DNA of 64,000 nt from Nitrospirota bacterium (GTDB lineage Bacteria > Nitrospirota > UBA9217), in NCBI GenBank assembly GCA_963845065.1, contig CAWJQQ010000001.1, forward strand, positions 1,120,001 through 1,184,000. Direction: 5' to 3'. Positions 48,253-58,772 of this stretch are shown here, in pieces (positions within the stretch are counted from its first letter, which is position 1; every line of letters begins with the position of its first letter). The position numbers and the translations under genes were made by a program. Under the pieces are notes generated by a model, which made no database searches, was not told the DNA's origin, and worked only from the letters and a program-made list of their open reading frames with translations.

Positions 48253-50829
48253 ATGGACGGTTTGAATCAAAAAACAACAATATCGCTTTCCAGCGTTATC
48301 AAAGCGCAGCTGGAAGAAGAAAGCGCAGAGATTCGGCACGCTCATTTTGCTGGCGCAGGCGGTAACGAAGTGGTCCAGCGACGTACCGGACTAATTGACC
48401 GGTTGCTCCGCGATGCCTATGCCCATCTCTCCTCCACCTTTCGCATGCCATCATTGATCGCTATCGGCGGTTATGGGAGAGGAGAATTGAACCCCTATTC
48501 CGATGTCGACATCCTTTTTCTCTGCCAGGATGAAGATGACCGAAGCCGCACACCGGAGATGCTCTATGTGCTTTGGGATGCAGGGTTGGACATAGGATAC
48601 AGCGTTCGGACTGTAAAGGAGTGTGTGTTACTCGCACGACAGGATGTCAAAATCCGGACATCGCTGCTTGAATCTCGATTTATTGGCGGTGATCAGGACC
48701 TGTATGCTGCCTTTCTTCAATCTATGAGAAGCGACGTTTTCTACTGGAAAGCATCGGCGTTCATCAAGGAAAAAATCGTTGAACGAAACGCGACGCGTCA
48801 AAAGTACGGAGGTTCTATCTACCTGCGCGAACCGAATATTAAGGAAGGTGAAGGCGGTCTGCGCGATTTACATACGGCATTGTGGATAGCATTTGTCCAT
48901 TTCCGCATCAATTCACTCGGAGAACTCGTGCACCTGGGCGTGATCACCGAAGGACAGTATACGGTTTTCCTTCGGTCCCGGAATTTTCTCTGGAGACTCA
49001 GAAACGAGCTCCATTACCTGTCCTTCCGTAAGAATGATCACATGACGTTCGACCTCCAGGAAAAAGCAGCCTTGGACTTCCGATATCGCGATTCCGCACA
49101 CCTCTATGCTGTTGAGCGCTTTATGAAGACGTATTTTATTCATGCACGCACTATCCGGGAATTTTCCAATATCATCGTCAATGCTGTGCTTCCGAGGCCA
49201 ACGCGTCGTTGGTTTTATCGGAGGACTTCTCTCGGCGAATTCTCCCTCGTAGGCAGGACGCTCTTCCTTGCGTCAGAGGGTGCGTTTATCCGCGACTGCA
49301 CTCTTGTTCTGACAGCATTTAAACTGGTCCAATCTTACCATGCGACGTTCTCTTTACAATTGCGCGATCTGATCAGCAAATGCCGGATTGATGACAAGGT
49401 TAGAACCTCAGTCGTTGCAGGTCAAATTTTTCTTTCCATACTGGAGAATCTCGACGGATTATCGGAGACGCTCAACTTGATGAAGGAACTGCGATTTCTC
49501 GGCCGCTATCTCCCGGAGTTTCGAGATATTCAGGCTCTCGCTCGGCATGACTACTACCATTTGTATACCGTGGACGAGCATATCCTTCTTGCAATTAGAA
49601 AACTGCAGGACCTGTGGAACGCAAGTCATCCTGGACCGGTAACGTTCTCCGATGCATTGAAGCAATTGAACAAGAAGTGGATCTTGATTCTTGCCTTATT
49701 ACTTCATGACCTGGGGAAAGCATACCGTCAGGATCACGAGCTTAAAGGCACGGAAATTGCCCAAGTTATTCTTGAACGTTTGGGGATAACCGGCGAGGAC
49801 CGTGAACGGGTACTTTTCCTTATTAAAAACCACCTAGTCATGTCATCTCTATCGCAAAGACGTGAACTCTCGGACAGGAAAGTGATTGCAGATTTTTCCA
49901 AACTTGTCGGTGACCAACTAAACCTCTCCATGCTGTATCTCCTTACATACGCCGACATCTCCTCGGTCAACCCCCATGCCTGGACGCAATGGAAAGCTGT
50001 GCTCTTGCAAGATTTGTACATAAAGACGCAGAACTATCTTGGTAAAAAGGCGCTCGCCGGTGAAGAAGACAAGGTACGCGTGCAGTCTATAATTGCCAAG
50101 ATTAAAGAAGCGGCGAAGGGGAAGTATTCTGCTGAAACAATCGAATATTTTATATCGGTTATGTCGGACCAGTACATCCTTTCTACTTCGCTCAATAAAA
50201 TATTGGACCATGTGGGGATGATGTTGCAGCTTCCCCAGGAACAGCTAATTATCCAGCACCGGCATTATCCCGAAAAAGGATATACGGAATTGACAGTATG
50301 TGCGTACGACGCTTATGGCATGTTTTACCGGACCGCAGGTACCATCGCTTCCAAGAACTTGAGCATTCTCCGGGCGCAGGTTTATACTTCAAAAAGTGGT
50401 GTGATGATCGATACTTTCCAGATCACTGATCCGGCCGGAAAAATCTATGAATATGAAGACGCATGGAAGAGTGTTCTGCAAGATCTCCGTATTGCGCTCA
50501 TGAACAAAGCACGGCCGCCTGATACGAGTCAGTACTCGCTCGTTCCAAGACTGTCAACAACGATTACGCCTGAAGTGGAGTTCGATAATGACACCTCCGA
50601 AGCCTTTACGATTATTGATATCTCGGCCCGCGATCGCGTAGGGTTTCTATATCAAGTAACAAAAGCGCTTTATGACCTCAATCTGGATATATCATCGGCA
50701 AAGATCGTGACCGAAGGTTCACGGGTCATGGATTCTTTTTATGTCAGCGACCTTCTACGTAGAAAAGTTTTCGATCCCGATCGGTTGGAAAAAATAAAAG
50801 AGACGTTATTAACCGTGTTAAAATCATAA
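48253..50829 (+). CDS. glnD: [Protein-PII] uridylyltransferase
   Basis: AIGGYGRGEL.PYSDVD, EPNIKEG.GGLRD, YH.YTVDEH, LLHDLGK (HD), two ACT domains. Confidence 0.96.
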   Translation: MDGLNQKTTISLSSVIKAQLEEESAEIRHAHFAGAGGNEVVQRRTGLIDRLLRDAYAHLSSTFRMPSLIAIGGYGRGELNPYSDVDILFLCQDEDDRSRTPEMLYVLWDAGLDIGYSVRTVKECVLLARQDVKIRTSLLESRFIGGDQDLYAAFLQSMRSDVFYWKASAFIKEKIVERNATRQKYGGSIYLREPNIKEGEGGLRDLHTALWIAFVHFRINSLGELVHLGVITEGQYTVFLRSRNFLWRLRNELHYLSFRKNDHMTFDLQEKAALDFRYRDSAHLYAVERFMKTYFIHARTIREFSNIIVNAVLPRPTRRWFYRRTSLGEFSLVGRTLFLASEGAFIRDCTLVLTAFKLVQSYHATFSLQLRDLISKCRIDDKVRTSVVAGQIFLSILENLDGLSETLNLMKELRFLGRYLPEFRDIQALARHDYYHLYTVDEHILLAIRKLQDLWNASHPGPVTFSDALKQLNKKWILILALLLHDLGKAYRQDHELKGTEIAQVILERLGITGEDRERVLFLIKNHLVMSSLSQRRELSDRKVIADFSKLVGDQLNLSMLYLLTYADISSVNPHAWTQWKAVLLQDLYIKTQNYLGKKALAGEEDKVRVQSIIAKIKEAAKGKYSAETIEYFISVMSDQYILSTSLNKILDHVGMMLQLPQEQLIIQHRHYPEKGYTELTVCAYDAYGMFYRTAGTIASKNLSILRAQVYTSKSGVMIDTFQITDPAGKIYEYEDAWKSVLQDLRIALMNKARPPDTSQYSLVPRLSTTITPEVEFDNDTSEAFTIIDISARDRVGFLYQVTKALYDLNLDISSAKIVTEGSRVMDSFYVSDLLRRKVFDPDRLEKIKETLLTVLKS

Positions 50830-51083
50830 CCATGTAGTCTAAATCTCTCTAGACATAAATCCGAGGGGTTCTGAATATCTCACCCGATCTCTTCCGGGCT
50901 CTTGCGACGCACAGAGACCGTCCTCCACACCCAAGGTAAAAAACCGTGCGAAGTAAATCTTCTCGCACGGCTCCGTGCAGGGAACGTCGAGTAACGGATG
51001 TTCATACCACGATCGACGATTCCTCTCTGGGACTGAATTAATTTGGCCTTCTTGCGTATTCGACATGTCAAATTATCATTTGA

Positions 51084-53768
51084 TTAATGAGCCTCATCCC
51101 AGTTTTCGCCGCTCCCCATATCGACTTTAATGGGGACCGCCAGCTTGAGAACTCCTTCCATTTCCTCCCTTACCAGTTTTTTCATGATATCGATTTCCTG
51201 ATTAGGAACTTCAAAGACGAGTTCGTCATGGACCTGGAGGATCATCTTTGAGCAGATTTCCTCCCGTGCAAGTCGGCGATGGATATTGATCATTGCCAAT
51301 TTGATGAGGTCCGCAGCCGTACCCTGTATTGGCGTGTTGACGGCCATACGCTCACCAAAGTTGCGAACCGCGAGAACAGAGGATGTCAGTTCGGGGATGA
51401 ACCTTCGCCTGCCGAACAGTGTAGTGACATAACCTTTTGACTTCGCCGTCTCTATGGTCCGGCTGATGAATTCGCGCACCTGAGGATATCGTGCAAAATA
51501 ACTATCAATATAACGCCTAGCTTCAGTATTTGAAACACCGATGTCCTGGGCAAGTCCGAAAGCGGATATTCCATAAATGATCCCGAAGTTGACCGCCTTT
51601 GCCTTGCGCCTCATCTCAGGTGTGATCTCATCAAGAGAGAGGCCGAAGATCTCAGATGCGGTACGCGTATGGATGTCTTCGTCTGCTAGGAATGTATTGA
51701 TCAGACCATGGTCTTCACTCATATGGGCAAGTACGCGAAGCTCGATCTGAGAATAGTCTGCCGAGAGCAGGCTCGATCCTCGTTCAGCAATGAATGCCCG
51801 CCTGATTTCTCGCCCTACGTCCGTGCGAATAGGTATGTTTTGAAGGTTTGGGTCGCTGCTGGAAAGCCGGCCTGTTGCAGTTACGGCCTGATTGAGCGAT
51901 GTATGGAGCCTGCCTGTTTTAGGGTTAATCATTTCAGGCAATGCGTCAATATAAGTTGATTTGAGCTTGGTGAGAGTACGGTATTTAAGAATTTCGGCTG
52001 GCAGCGGGTGGACACTGGCAAGTTCCTCTAGAACGTCAACGTTTGTAGAAAAACCAGTTTTAGTTTTTTTAAGTGGTGTGAGCTGCAGTTTTACAAATAG
52101 GATGTCGGCAAGCTGTTTGGGTGAATTGATGTTGAATTCCGTCCCTGCCAACTCATAAATGGTTTTTTCGATTCGGGCGATATCGTTCCCGAGTTTGCCG
52201 GACATGTTTTTCAGAACTTCGGCGTCGATCTTGACACCGATACGTTCCATATCAGCGAGGACTTCCATAAGCGGCATTTCAATATCCCGGAACAACTTCT
52301 CGAGATGCTGTTCCGTGAGCAAAGGGGCAAGTGTATGTTTAAGACGCAACGTAATGTCCGCATCTTCACCAGAATACCTGGTTGCGGTCGCAATATCGAC
52401 TACAGAAAAACTGATTTGTTTTTTCCCCGAACCGGTCACTTCGGCATAGGTGGTGGTCTTATAGTTCAGATACTCGAGAGCGATCGCGTCGAGGCCATGT
52501 GAGGTTTTGCCAGGGTTTAAAAGATACGATGCGATCATGGTATCGAACACGATGCCTTTTACAGCAATGCCGTAATGACCAAGTACGAGCAGGTCATATT
52601 TTATGTTCTGACCGATTTTTTTGACTTCGGGATTTTCCATGACCGGTTTAAGCAGTGAAAGCGCACGCGCAGAGGTAATTTGCTTCTGAACTCCAGGATA
52701 GACGTGACCAAGGGGAAGATAGTAGGCATGGTAGGGTTTCAGGGCAAAAGAGATGCCGATCAGTTCGGCCCGCATGGGGTCAATCGACGTTGTTTCTGTA
52801 TCGAAACAGAGTTCTTCTGCTGAAGAGAGAAGCTTGACTATATCCTGCAGCTCGGTCTCAAGGAGGACGGTTTCGTATTCCGCTTCTTTCCCTGGTTCTT
52901 GAACAACATATTTTAAAAGTGTGGTGAATTCGAGCTCTTTCAGCATCCTGAGCAGCAAGGCATTGTCCGGCGGTTTTAATTTCAGGTCATCGTAGCTGAT
53001 GTCAAGTGGTACGTCTGCATGTAGCAGTGCAAGCTCCCGGCTTAGTCGGGCAAGGTGGGCGAATTCCAACAAGGATTGTCTGAGCTTTGGTTTGGTAATT
53101 TCGAGGGCGTGAGCAAGGACGCTATCGATCGTACCGTATTGCTTGATGAGCCATTGTGCTGTCTTTTCACCGATGCCTGGAACGCCAGGGATATTGTCTG
53201 CCGCATCTCCCATAAGGCCCATGATCTCGATTACGCGGTCAGGAGGCACACCGAACCGCTCTTCTACATCAGCCTGCTGATAGATTTTATCCTTCAGCGT
53301 ATCGTAAACTTTGATGTGCGGACCGACAAGTTGAAGTATGTCTTTGTCACCCGTGACGATGGTAATGTCCATGCCTTCTTGCACTGCTTTGAGCGCCAGT
53401 GTCGCGATTACATCGTCTGCTTCCTGACCCTCCTGAATAAATACCGGGATGCGGAAGGCCTCGACTAGCTTATGAATGAATGGTATCTGAGGAACAAGGT
53501 CCTTGGGCATGGGGGGACGGTGTGCTTTATACTCCTTGAATTCAAGATGTCTTCGGGTTGGACCCTTAGGGTCAAATACGAGTGCAAGTAAATCTGGAGA
53601 TTTTTCCTTAATCACTTTGAGGAGCATATTAGCGAAACCGAAGATGGCATTCGTGGGAAGGCCTGATGAGTTAGTCAGACCACGCACGGCATAGAATGCC
53701 CGATATATATAAGAGTTGCCGTCGATGATGTAAAGTGTTGCTTTTGTGCCATTACGTGCGTTTTCCAT
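51084..53768 (-). CDS. polA: DNA polymerase I
   Basis: 5'-3' exonuclease (IDGNS, EADDVI, DNIPGVPGIG), 3'-5' exonuclease (DTETT), polymerase motifs (TGRLSS, DYSQIELR, KAVNFG..YG, VHDEL). Confidence 0.97.
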   Translation of the reverse strand: MENARNGTKATLYIIDGNSYIYRAFYAVRGLTNSSGLPTNAIFGFANMLLKVIKEKSPDLLALVFDPKGPTRRHLEFKEYKAHRPPMPKDLVPQIPFIHKLVEAFRIPVFIQEGQEADDVIATLALKAVQEGMDITIVTGDKDILQLVGPHIKVYDTLKDKIYQQADVEERFGVPPDRVIEIMGLMGDAADNIPGVPGIGEKTAQWLIKQYGTIDSVLAHALEITKPKLRQSLLEFAHLARLSRELALLHADVPLDISYDDLKLKPPDNALLLRMLKELEFTTLLKYVVQEPGKEAEYETVLLETELQDIVKLLSSAEELCFDTETTSIDPMRAELIGISFALKPYHAYYLPLGHVYPGVQKQITSARALSLLKPVMENPEVKKIGQNIKYDLLVLGHYGIAVKGIVFDTMIASYLLNPGKTSHGLDAIALEYLNYKTTTYAEVTGSGKKQISFSVVDIATATRYSGEDADITLRLKHTLAPLLTEQHLEKLFRDIEMPLMEVLADMERIGVKIDAEVLKNMSGKLGNDIARIEKTIYELAGTEFNINSPKQLADILFVKLQLTPLKKTKTGFSTNVDVLEELASVHPLPAEILKYRTLTKLKSTYIDALPEMINPKTGRLHTSLNQAVTATGRLSSSDPNLQNIPIRTDVGREIRRAFIAERGSSLLSADYSQIELRVLAHMSEDHGLINTFLADEDIHTRTASEIFGLSLDEITPEMRRKAKAVNFGIIYGISAFGLAQDIGVSNTEARRYIDSYFARYPQVREFISRTIETAKSKGYVTTLFGRRRFIPELTSSVLAVRNFGERMAVNTPIQGTAADLIKLAMINIHRRLAREEICSKMILQVHDELVFEVPNQEIDIMKKLVREEMEGVLKLAVPIKVDMGSGENWDEAH

Positions 53769-54041
53769 AGGTCCTCAGTATATCTCTCTGCCTTTTAAGA
53801 AGCAGGGTTTACAGCATGAGTGATAAATATTCAGCATGATCTAAGTTATGGGTTACTTTGGGATTATTATTTCTGGTGGTTTTCGCTCAATGTGCTCGCT
53901 TATGCTCAAAAGAATAATTTTTCTTAAGTGGTTTAATACTCATAACTAATTGTAAAATAATATAATTATTAACAAATTTTATTGGTACTTATTTTGCAAT
54001 GTGGTCATCGATTAGAAAAAAAATATTTTGCCGGGGCCGTT

Positions 54042-54329
54042 ATGAATTGTAATGTACGAAATGCTAACTATGAAAGAGTTGTATCCGTGCTTGACAAGCT
54101 CTTGAAAGAACGGTACAGCGAAATGAGCGACTGCCAGCGCTGCAGAGACGACATTGCGGCCATTGCCTTGAACTATCTTCCACCCCATTATTATGTTGAC
54201 GTCGAAGAGGAGAAGGAAATCGGCTCTCCTTGGGTAATGATTGAGACCGCGGTTGAAGAAGCCATAGACCGAGTTTTAGAAAAACCAAACCATCTTCATG
54301 AAACAGCACACAATGAGAAACATTCATAG
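54042..54329 (+). CDS. ComFB (late competence development) family protein
   Basis: N..YE.V, C.RC..DI.AIALN.LPP.Y, A...V...P.H pattern. Confidence 0.8.
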   Translation: MNCNVRNANYERVVSVLDKLLKERYSEMSDCQRCRDDIAAIALNYLPPHYYVDVEEEKEIGSPWVMIETAVEEAIDRVLEKPNHLHETAHNEKHS

Positions 54330-54378
54330 AAAACCCACATTTTTGTGCAATCCCCTATCGAGAATGGCGAGCACGCTC

Positions 54379-55497
54379 CTAATCGGGGAAATAGGTCACC
54401 TGGTTCCTCCCATTCCTTTTTGAAAGATAGAGCGCATCATCCGCTTTTTTTACTAACTCCTCAGGAGTGACATCTCCGCTTCCAGCAACCCACGCTACGC
54501 CGATACTGATCGTAACTTTGCTCTCCCGTTTTGTATCTGTTATGATAAATACGGAATCTTCGACAGCCTTCTTTAGCCGTTTGGCTACTGTGACTGCCTG
54601 TTGCAAATCAAGTTCTGGCATGATAATGGCGAACTCCTCTCCTCCGTAGCGGCAGCATGTATCTATTGTATGGCACCGGGACTGGCCGGAGATGATGTTC
54701 GATAGTTCTTTGAGAACTGCATCGCCGGCCTGATGGCCGAAGTTATCATTGTATTGCTTGAAGTGATCAATATCGAGCATAATGAGTGAAAGTGGTTTTA
54801 GCGTTCTTCCCAGCCTGCTGATTTCCTGCCGAAGTTTTTCCTGGAACATCCTGTGGTTGTAAAGACCGGTAAGCCCGTCGTGCTGAGAGATACGTTCAAT
54901 TTTATCAAAAAGAAGAGATTTTTCAATGCCTGCAGCAAGCTGGTGAGAAAGGATGGCCATAAAATCCATATCATCCACCGATAACCCGTACTTGGATGAG
55001 TTGTCCATGCCGATTACGCCTATCGTTGTATTATGGACTTTGAGGGTGATGCCAATGTAGGAACCGTCCCGCTTTTCTTCCTGAGCATAATGGATGAAAT
55101 CATTGAACGTTGCGTAAAAAAGTGAAAGGTCGTGTATGTGTATGTGTTCGCCGTACTCGACTACTCTGCCGGGAGTGCCTTGGCCAAGGTCGATAGCTGC
55201 AGGTTGGTGCGGTTCGAACCCGCTATAATAAGCAAGTTCGAGCTTTTCTCGTCTCTCGTCGAAGAGATATACTGAAATGCGCTCAATGGGAAGAGAATTC
55301 CTGATAATGCCGAATACCTTCTCGAGCATTTCGTGTAAATCGAGCACGGAGCCTATGGTTCTGGCAATGTGGTAATGAACGTATATTTCGTTCAGTTTTT
55401 TTTCGAGCAGGTCTCCGAGAACCTTTTCATGGGAACGGGATTGTTTAAGATCCTCTTCAAGCCCAGCAATCTTTTCTTTTAAGTATTCATCGGCCAT
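54379..55497 (-). CDS. GAF-GGDEF diguanylate cyclase
   Basis: GAF domain, DGLTGLYN, DIDHFKQYND.FGH..GD, RYGGEEF, AD.ALY.SK..GRN. Confidence 0.93.
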   Translation of the reverse strand: MADEYLKEKIAGLEEDLKQSRSHEKVLGDLLEKKLNEIYVHYHIARTIGSVLDLHEMLEKVFGIIRNSLPIERISVYLFDERREKLELAYYSGFEPHQPAAIDLGQGTPGRVVEYGEHIHIHDLSLFYATFNDFIHYAQEEKRDGSYIGITLKVHNTTIGVIGMDNSSKYGLSVDDMDFMAILSHQLAAGIEKSLLFDKIERISQHDGLTGLYNHRMFQEKLRQEISRLGRTLKPLSLIMLDIDHFKQYNDNFGHQAGDAVLKELSNIISGQSRCHTIDTCCRYGGEEFAIIMPELDLQQAVTVAKRLKKAVEDSVFIITDTKRESKVTISIGVAWVAGSGDVTPEELVKKADDALYLSKRNGRNQVTYFPD

Positions 55498-55558
55498 CGA
55501 TACCCCGTGTTGCAGCCGCGCAGAGAATCTGCTGGATGGCTGTAGCCTCGCTCAATCC

Positions 55559-56335
55559 TTAATTTGTTTTCGGCTGCGCACGTTGAATCGGGATCATCTT
55601 GGGCTGCATTTGCGTGGTAGCAGGTGCCGTCGTCGAGGCTTTAGTTGACGGAGTAGTGTCTTGTTTCGTAGCAACTAGCGGGGCCGCGAGTGGATTCTCT
55701 ATAATAATTGTGGTCTTGTGCGCTTTTATTTTGACGCCGAATTCCGGTTCTTTTGAAGAAAATGCCGCTGCTATTAATGAATTCTGATCAACACCATTTC
55801 TTTCGAAATCCGTAATTAGTGCTGCTGACCGTTCTGCAGCCAGCGTTCTCGCATCTTTTGCTGGAATTTTCTTTCGTCCTCTGCCATGAGCGGGCACTGC
55901 CTCTGTTGTGTTACCAATGTACATGTCTTTACCTTTTAACTCATTCCTTTTGAGGAGTGTGGTTAACTTTGCACGAAGGGCAGGGCTATCCTTCGAAAAA
56001 GTATAGGAACCGGGCAAATACAGTATGTCTTCCGCGATGTTTACGATCAAGCGGTTGCCAGACGTAAGGACCTCTGCTTTACCTGCCTTGATCTCATCGC
56101 TTAGGGTCGAGCTCAGAACGTCGACCGCCGGTCCCAGCCATGCCGTTTCTTTTTTCTCCTGTTCCTTGATTTTTTTCAGTTCGGCTTTTGCCTTATCGAG
56201 TTCTGGCAGTCCAGCCTTCATCCGCGCATAATCCTCCATCATAGGTTTGTAGGACGCGAAATAAAATGCGGCAGCAGCACCGAGTGTTAAAATGAGAAGC
56301 GCAATCACAACATAAGTAACGATCTTCATGAACAT
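55559..56335 (-). CDS. Membrane-anchored divergent MotB/OmpA-like protein
   Basis: N-terminal TM, coiled coil, L..EI..G.., LIVNI.EDILY.PGS, IGNT, LAAERS (degenerate OmpA_C-like motifs). Confidence 0.55.
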   Translation of the reverse strand: MFMKIVTYVVIALLILTLGAAAAFYFASYKPMMEDYARMKAGLPELDKAKAELKKIKEQEKKETAWLGPAVDVLSSTLSDEIKAGKAEVLTSGNRLIVNIAEDILYLPGSYTFSKDSPALRAKLTTLLKRNELKGKDMYIGNTTEAVPAHGRGRKKIPAKDARTLAAERSAALITDFERNGVDQNSLIAAAFSSKEPEFGVKIKAHKTTIIIENPLAAPLVATKQDTTPSTKASTTAPATTQMQPKMIPIQRAQPKTN

Positions 56336-56387
56336 GATAGGGAATCCTCCTGATGAAAGAGTTGAATGTATTCATCGCTTGTTGCAG

Positions 56388-57581
56388 CTAATGAAGCATA
56401 TTGATTGTCTTTTCAATCCGATTCAACCCTTTTTCGATAATTTCCGTAGAAGTAGCGTAAGAAAGCCGGATGTAGGCATCAGCACCAAAGGCATCGCCTG
56501 AAACTAACGCTACCTTTGCTTCATCAAGCAGAAGCGCAGCGAAATCAGCCGAGTTCTTGATGACCTTTCCGTTTATGCTCTTGCCAAATAGAGCTGCCAC
56601 ACGTGGGAAAGCATAAAAAGCGCCGACAGGCATGAGACATGACACACCCATCATCTTATTCAGCCGATCGACCATGTATGTTCGTCTTTTAGCGAATTCG
56701 ACATTCATGGTTCGGATAGAATCCTGTTGTCCGCGCAGCGCTTCGACTGCAGCTTTCTGAGAAATGGACGATGGATTGGAGGTACTCTGGCTCTGGATGT
56801 TCGCCATGGCAGTGATCACATCTTTTGGGCCCGCAGCAAAGCCGATGCGCCAGCCAGTCATTGCATATGATTTAGACACTCCATTCACGACGATTGTCAG
56901 GTTTTTGATCTCCTGCCCGAGTGAGGCAATGCTGGTATGCATGAAACCGTCATAAATAAGCTTTTCGTAGATTTCGTCGGAGATAACGTAGATATTTTTC
57001 TGAACGGCCAATGCGGCGATGTCCTCGAGGGTCTTCTTATCATATGCCAAACCGGTAGGGTTTGATGGACTGTTCAAAACCAGCGCCTTGGTTTTGTTCG
57101 TGATTGCCTTTGCGAGCTTTTTCGCCGATATCTTGAAACCCTCTTCTTCAGTCGTCTCTATGATTACGGGAGTAGCATCGTTCAACAGAACTTGTTCAGG
57201 ATAGGATACCCAGTACGGAGAAGGGATGATGACTTCGTCTCCTGGATCGAACAGGGCTTCCGCAATGTTATAGAGACTATGCTTGGCACCGCATGAAACA
57301 AGAATCTGAGACTTTTCGTACTGTAGCCCAATGTCTTTTTTAAATTTATCAATGACCGCGTCTTTGAGCTCGTCAGTACCTCCGACTGGAGTATACTTTG
57401 TGAAGCCCAGCTGAATTGCTTTAATGCCTGCCTGTTTTACATTCTCCGGCGTGTCGAAATCAGGTTCACCTACGCCAAAATCCACCACATCGATTCCCTG
57501 GGCTTTCATAGCCTTTGCTTTTGCCGCCATCGCCAAAGTGGGTGAGGGCTGGATTGCCTGTGCCCTTTTTGCTATTCCCAT
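56388..57581 (-). CDS. aspC: PLP-dependent aminotransferase class I (aspartate aminotransferase-like)
   Basis: GEPDF.TP, GAK, PYWVSY, NSPSNPTG, SDEIY, SKSYAMTGWRIG, RLSYA. Confidence 0.9.
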   Translation of the reverse strand: MGIAKRAQAIQPSPTLAMAAKAKAMKAQGIDVVDFGVGEPDFDTPENVKQAGIKAIQLGFTKYTPVGGTDELKDAVIDKFKKDIGLQYEKSQILVSCGAKHSLYNIAEALFDPGDEVIIPSPYWVSYPEQVLLNDATPVIIETTEEEGFKISAKKLAKAITNKTKALVLNSPSNPTGLAYDKKTLEDIAALAVQKNIYVISDEIYEKLIYDGFMHTSIASLGQEIKNLTIVVNGVSKSYAMTGWRIGFAAGPKDVITAMANIQSQSTSNPSSISQKAAVEALRGQQDSIRTMNVEFAKRRTYMVDRLNKMMGVSCLMPVGAFYAFPRVAALFGKSINGKVIKNSADFAALLLDEAKVALVSGDAFGADAYIRLSYATSTEIIEKGLNRIEKTINMLH

Positions 57582-57813
57582 GCTGTCGCACTACCTTTCT
57601 CTCAACAACCAGTGATGTATAGCTACTGAAGTTTTTTTAGCATAGAAGCAACGTAAAGTCAATGAGTTTCTTGGAACAACAACTCATCGGAATCCGATCG
57701 CAGACGACTATCGATGAGAGTTCATCCCGTGCTCTTCTTTGTTTGCATACCGTTGTTCAGAGGTTGCAAATGAGAGAGAAGTATGATAGTATTTTTTCAT
57801 TTAAGGAGGCTTC

Positions 57814-58215
57814 ATGTTCGGATTTTTCCTGCGCTGGTCCATCAATTTGCTGGCACTTGTCATTGCCGGTTCAATGATACCAGGGATCAAGATACAGAGT
57901 CTTCAAATGGGCATAATTGCCGCCGGCATCCTCGGTGTTATAAATGCCGTGATCAGGCCGGTGGTACTTATCTTAACCCTACCGATCAATCTCCTGACGC
58001 TTGGATTGTTCACCCTTGTCATTAATGCGGCTCTCCTGAAACTCGTGTCCGATCTTGTCCCCGGTTTAGTCATTGATTCGTTCACTGCTGCATTTTTTGG
58101 TGCATTGCTGGTTAGTGTTATCAGCTGGATCGTGAACATTTTTGTCAGCGGCGATGGCACATTTATCTTTATCAAGCGGGCAAACAAAGGTGACAGTCGT
58201 GGTCCTCGCAGATAG
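57814..58215 (+). CDS. 4-TM phage holin family / YvlD-like membrane protein
   Basis: NAVIRPVVLILTLP.NLLTLGLF.LVINA motif; AAGGAGG RBS. Confidence 0.88.
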   Translation: MFGFFLRWSINLLALVIAGSMIPGIKIQSLQMGIIAAGILGVINAVIRPVVLILTLPINLLTLGLFTLVINAALLKLVSDLVPGLVIDSFTAAFFGALLVSVISWIVNIFVSGDGTFIFIKRANKGDSRGPRR

Positions 58216-58264
58216 GTTCTAGATTGAACGAACATTATATGGATGAACATCGGGAAAGATTGCC

Positions 58265-58750
58265 ATGACTCATATTCACATACCGGACGGCGTTCTGCCT
58301 GTCTGGATCTGGGTTTTATCATCATGTCATTTGCTGTGGGATTCAGCCTTTTTTGACTTCGGACAGAGGACATGAAAAAAAAGATACCATTACTCGGCGC
58401 CCTGTCAGCAACAATGCTTGTGGTCATGAGTCTTTCTACGGATCGTTCGAGGGACTCGTCAACCGGTCTCGCACCAAACTCGTTCCACTTCTCAATACGT
58501 ACAATCAGGCAGGAATGACAATTATTCATGTACACCCACGACTTGAACCTGTTGACGTCATTTGCCGACCGGGTATACGTGCTTGCCTGCGGGTGCGAGG
58601 TAATTTCAGAGGTACACCATCTTCTATCTTTATACAAGCGGATGCATTCAAAGCTATTAACTTTAGACCCGCCGCTTCTCGTAGAACTGTTTCTCAAACG
58701 GAGAGAACGAGGCGTTTCAATTGAAATCTTGCTCCGAATTGATAAGCCGA
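58265..58750 (+). pseudogene. Deletion scar: cbiM 5' fragment joined to cbiO-like ATPase 3' fragment
   Basis: MTHIHIPDGVLPVW.../..KIPLLGALSA.MLVVMSL (CbiM-like), then FEGL...GMTII/THDLNLL..FADRVYVL/GTP..IF/LDPPLLVELF (ECF ATPase tail), with frameshifts and a stop. Confidence 0.72.
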
Positions 58751-58772
58751 CTAAAAAAAGACGATATGATAA

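Noticed and set aside
50839..51066. 75-aa ORF downstream of polA
   Set aside because: No RBS or recognisable motif; may be spurious within the convergent glnD/polA gap
57814..58215. Prophage implied by the holin-family gene
   Set aside because: YvlD-like 4-TM proteins are common chromosomal genes; no phage genes nearby
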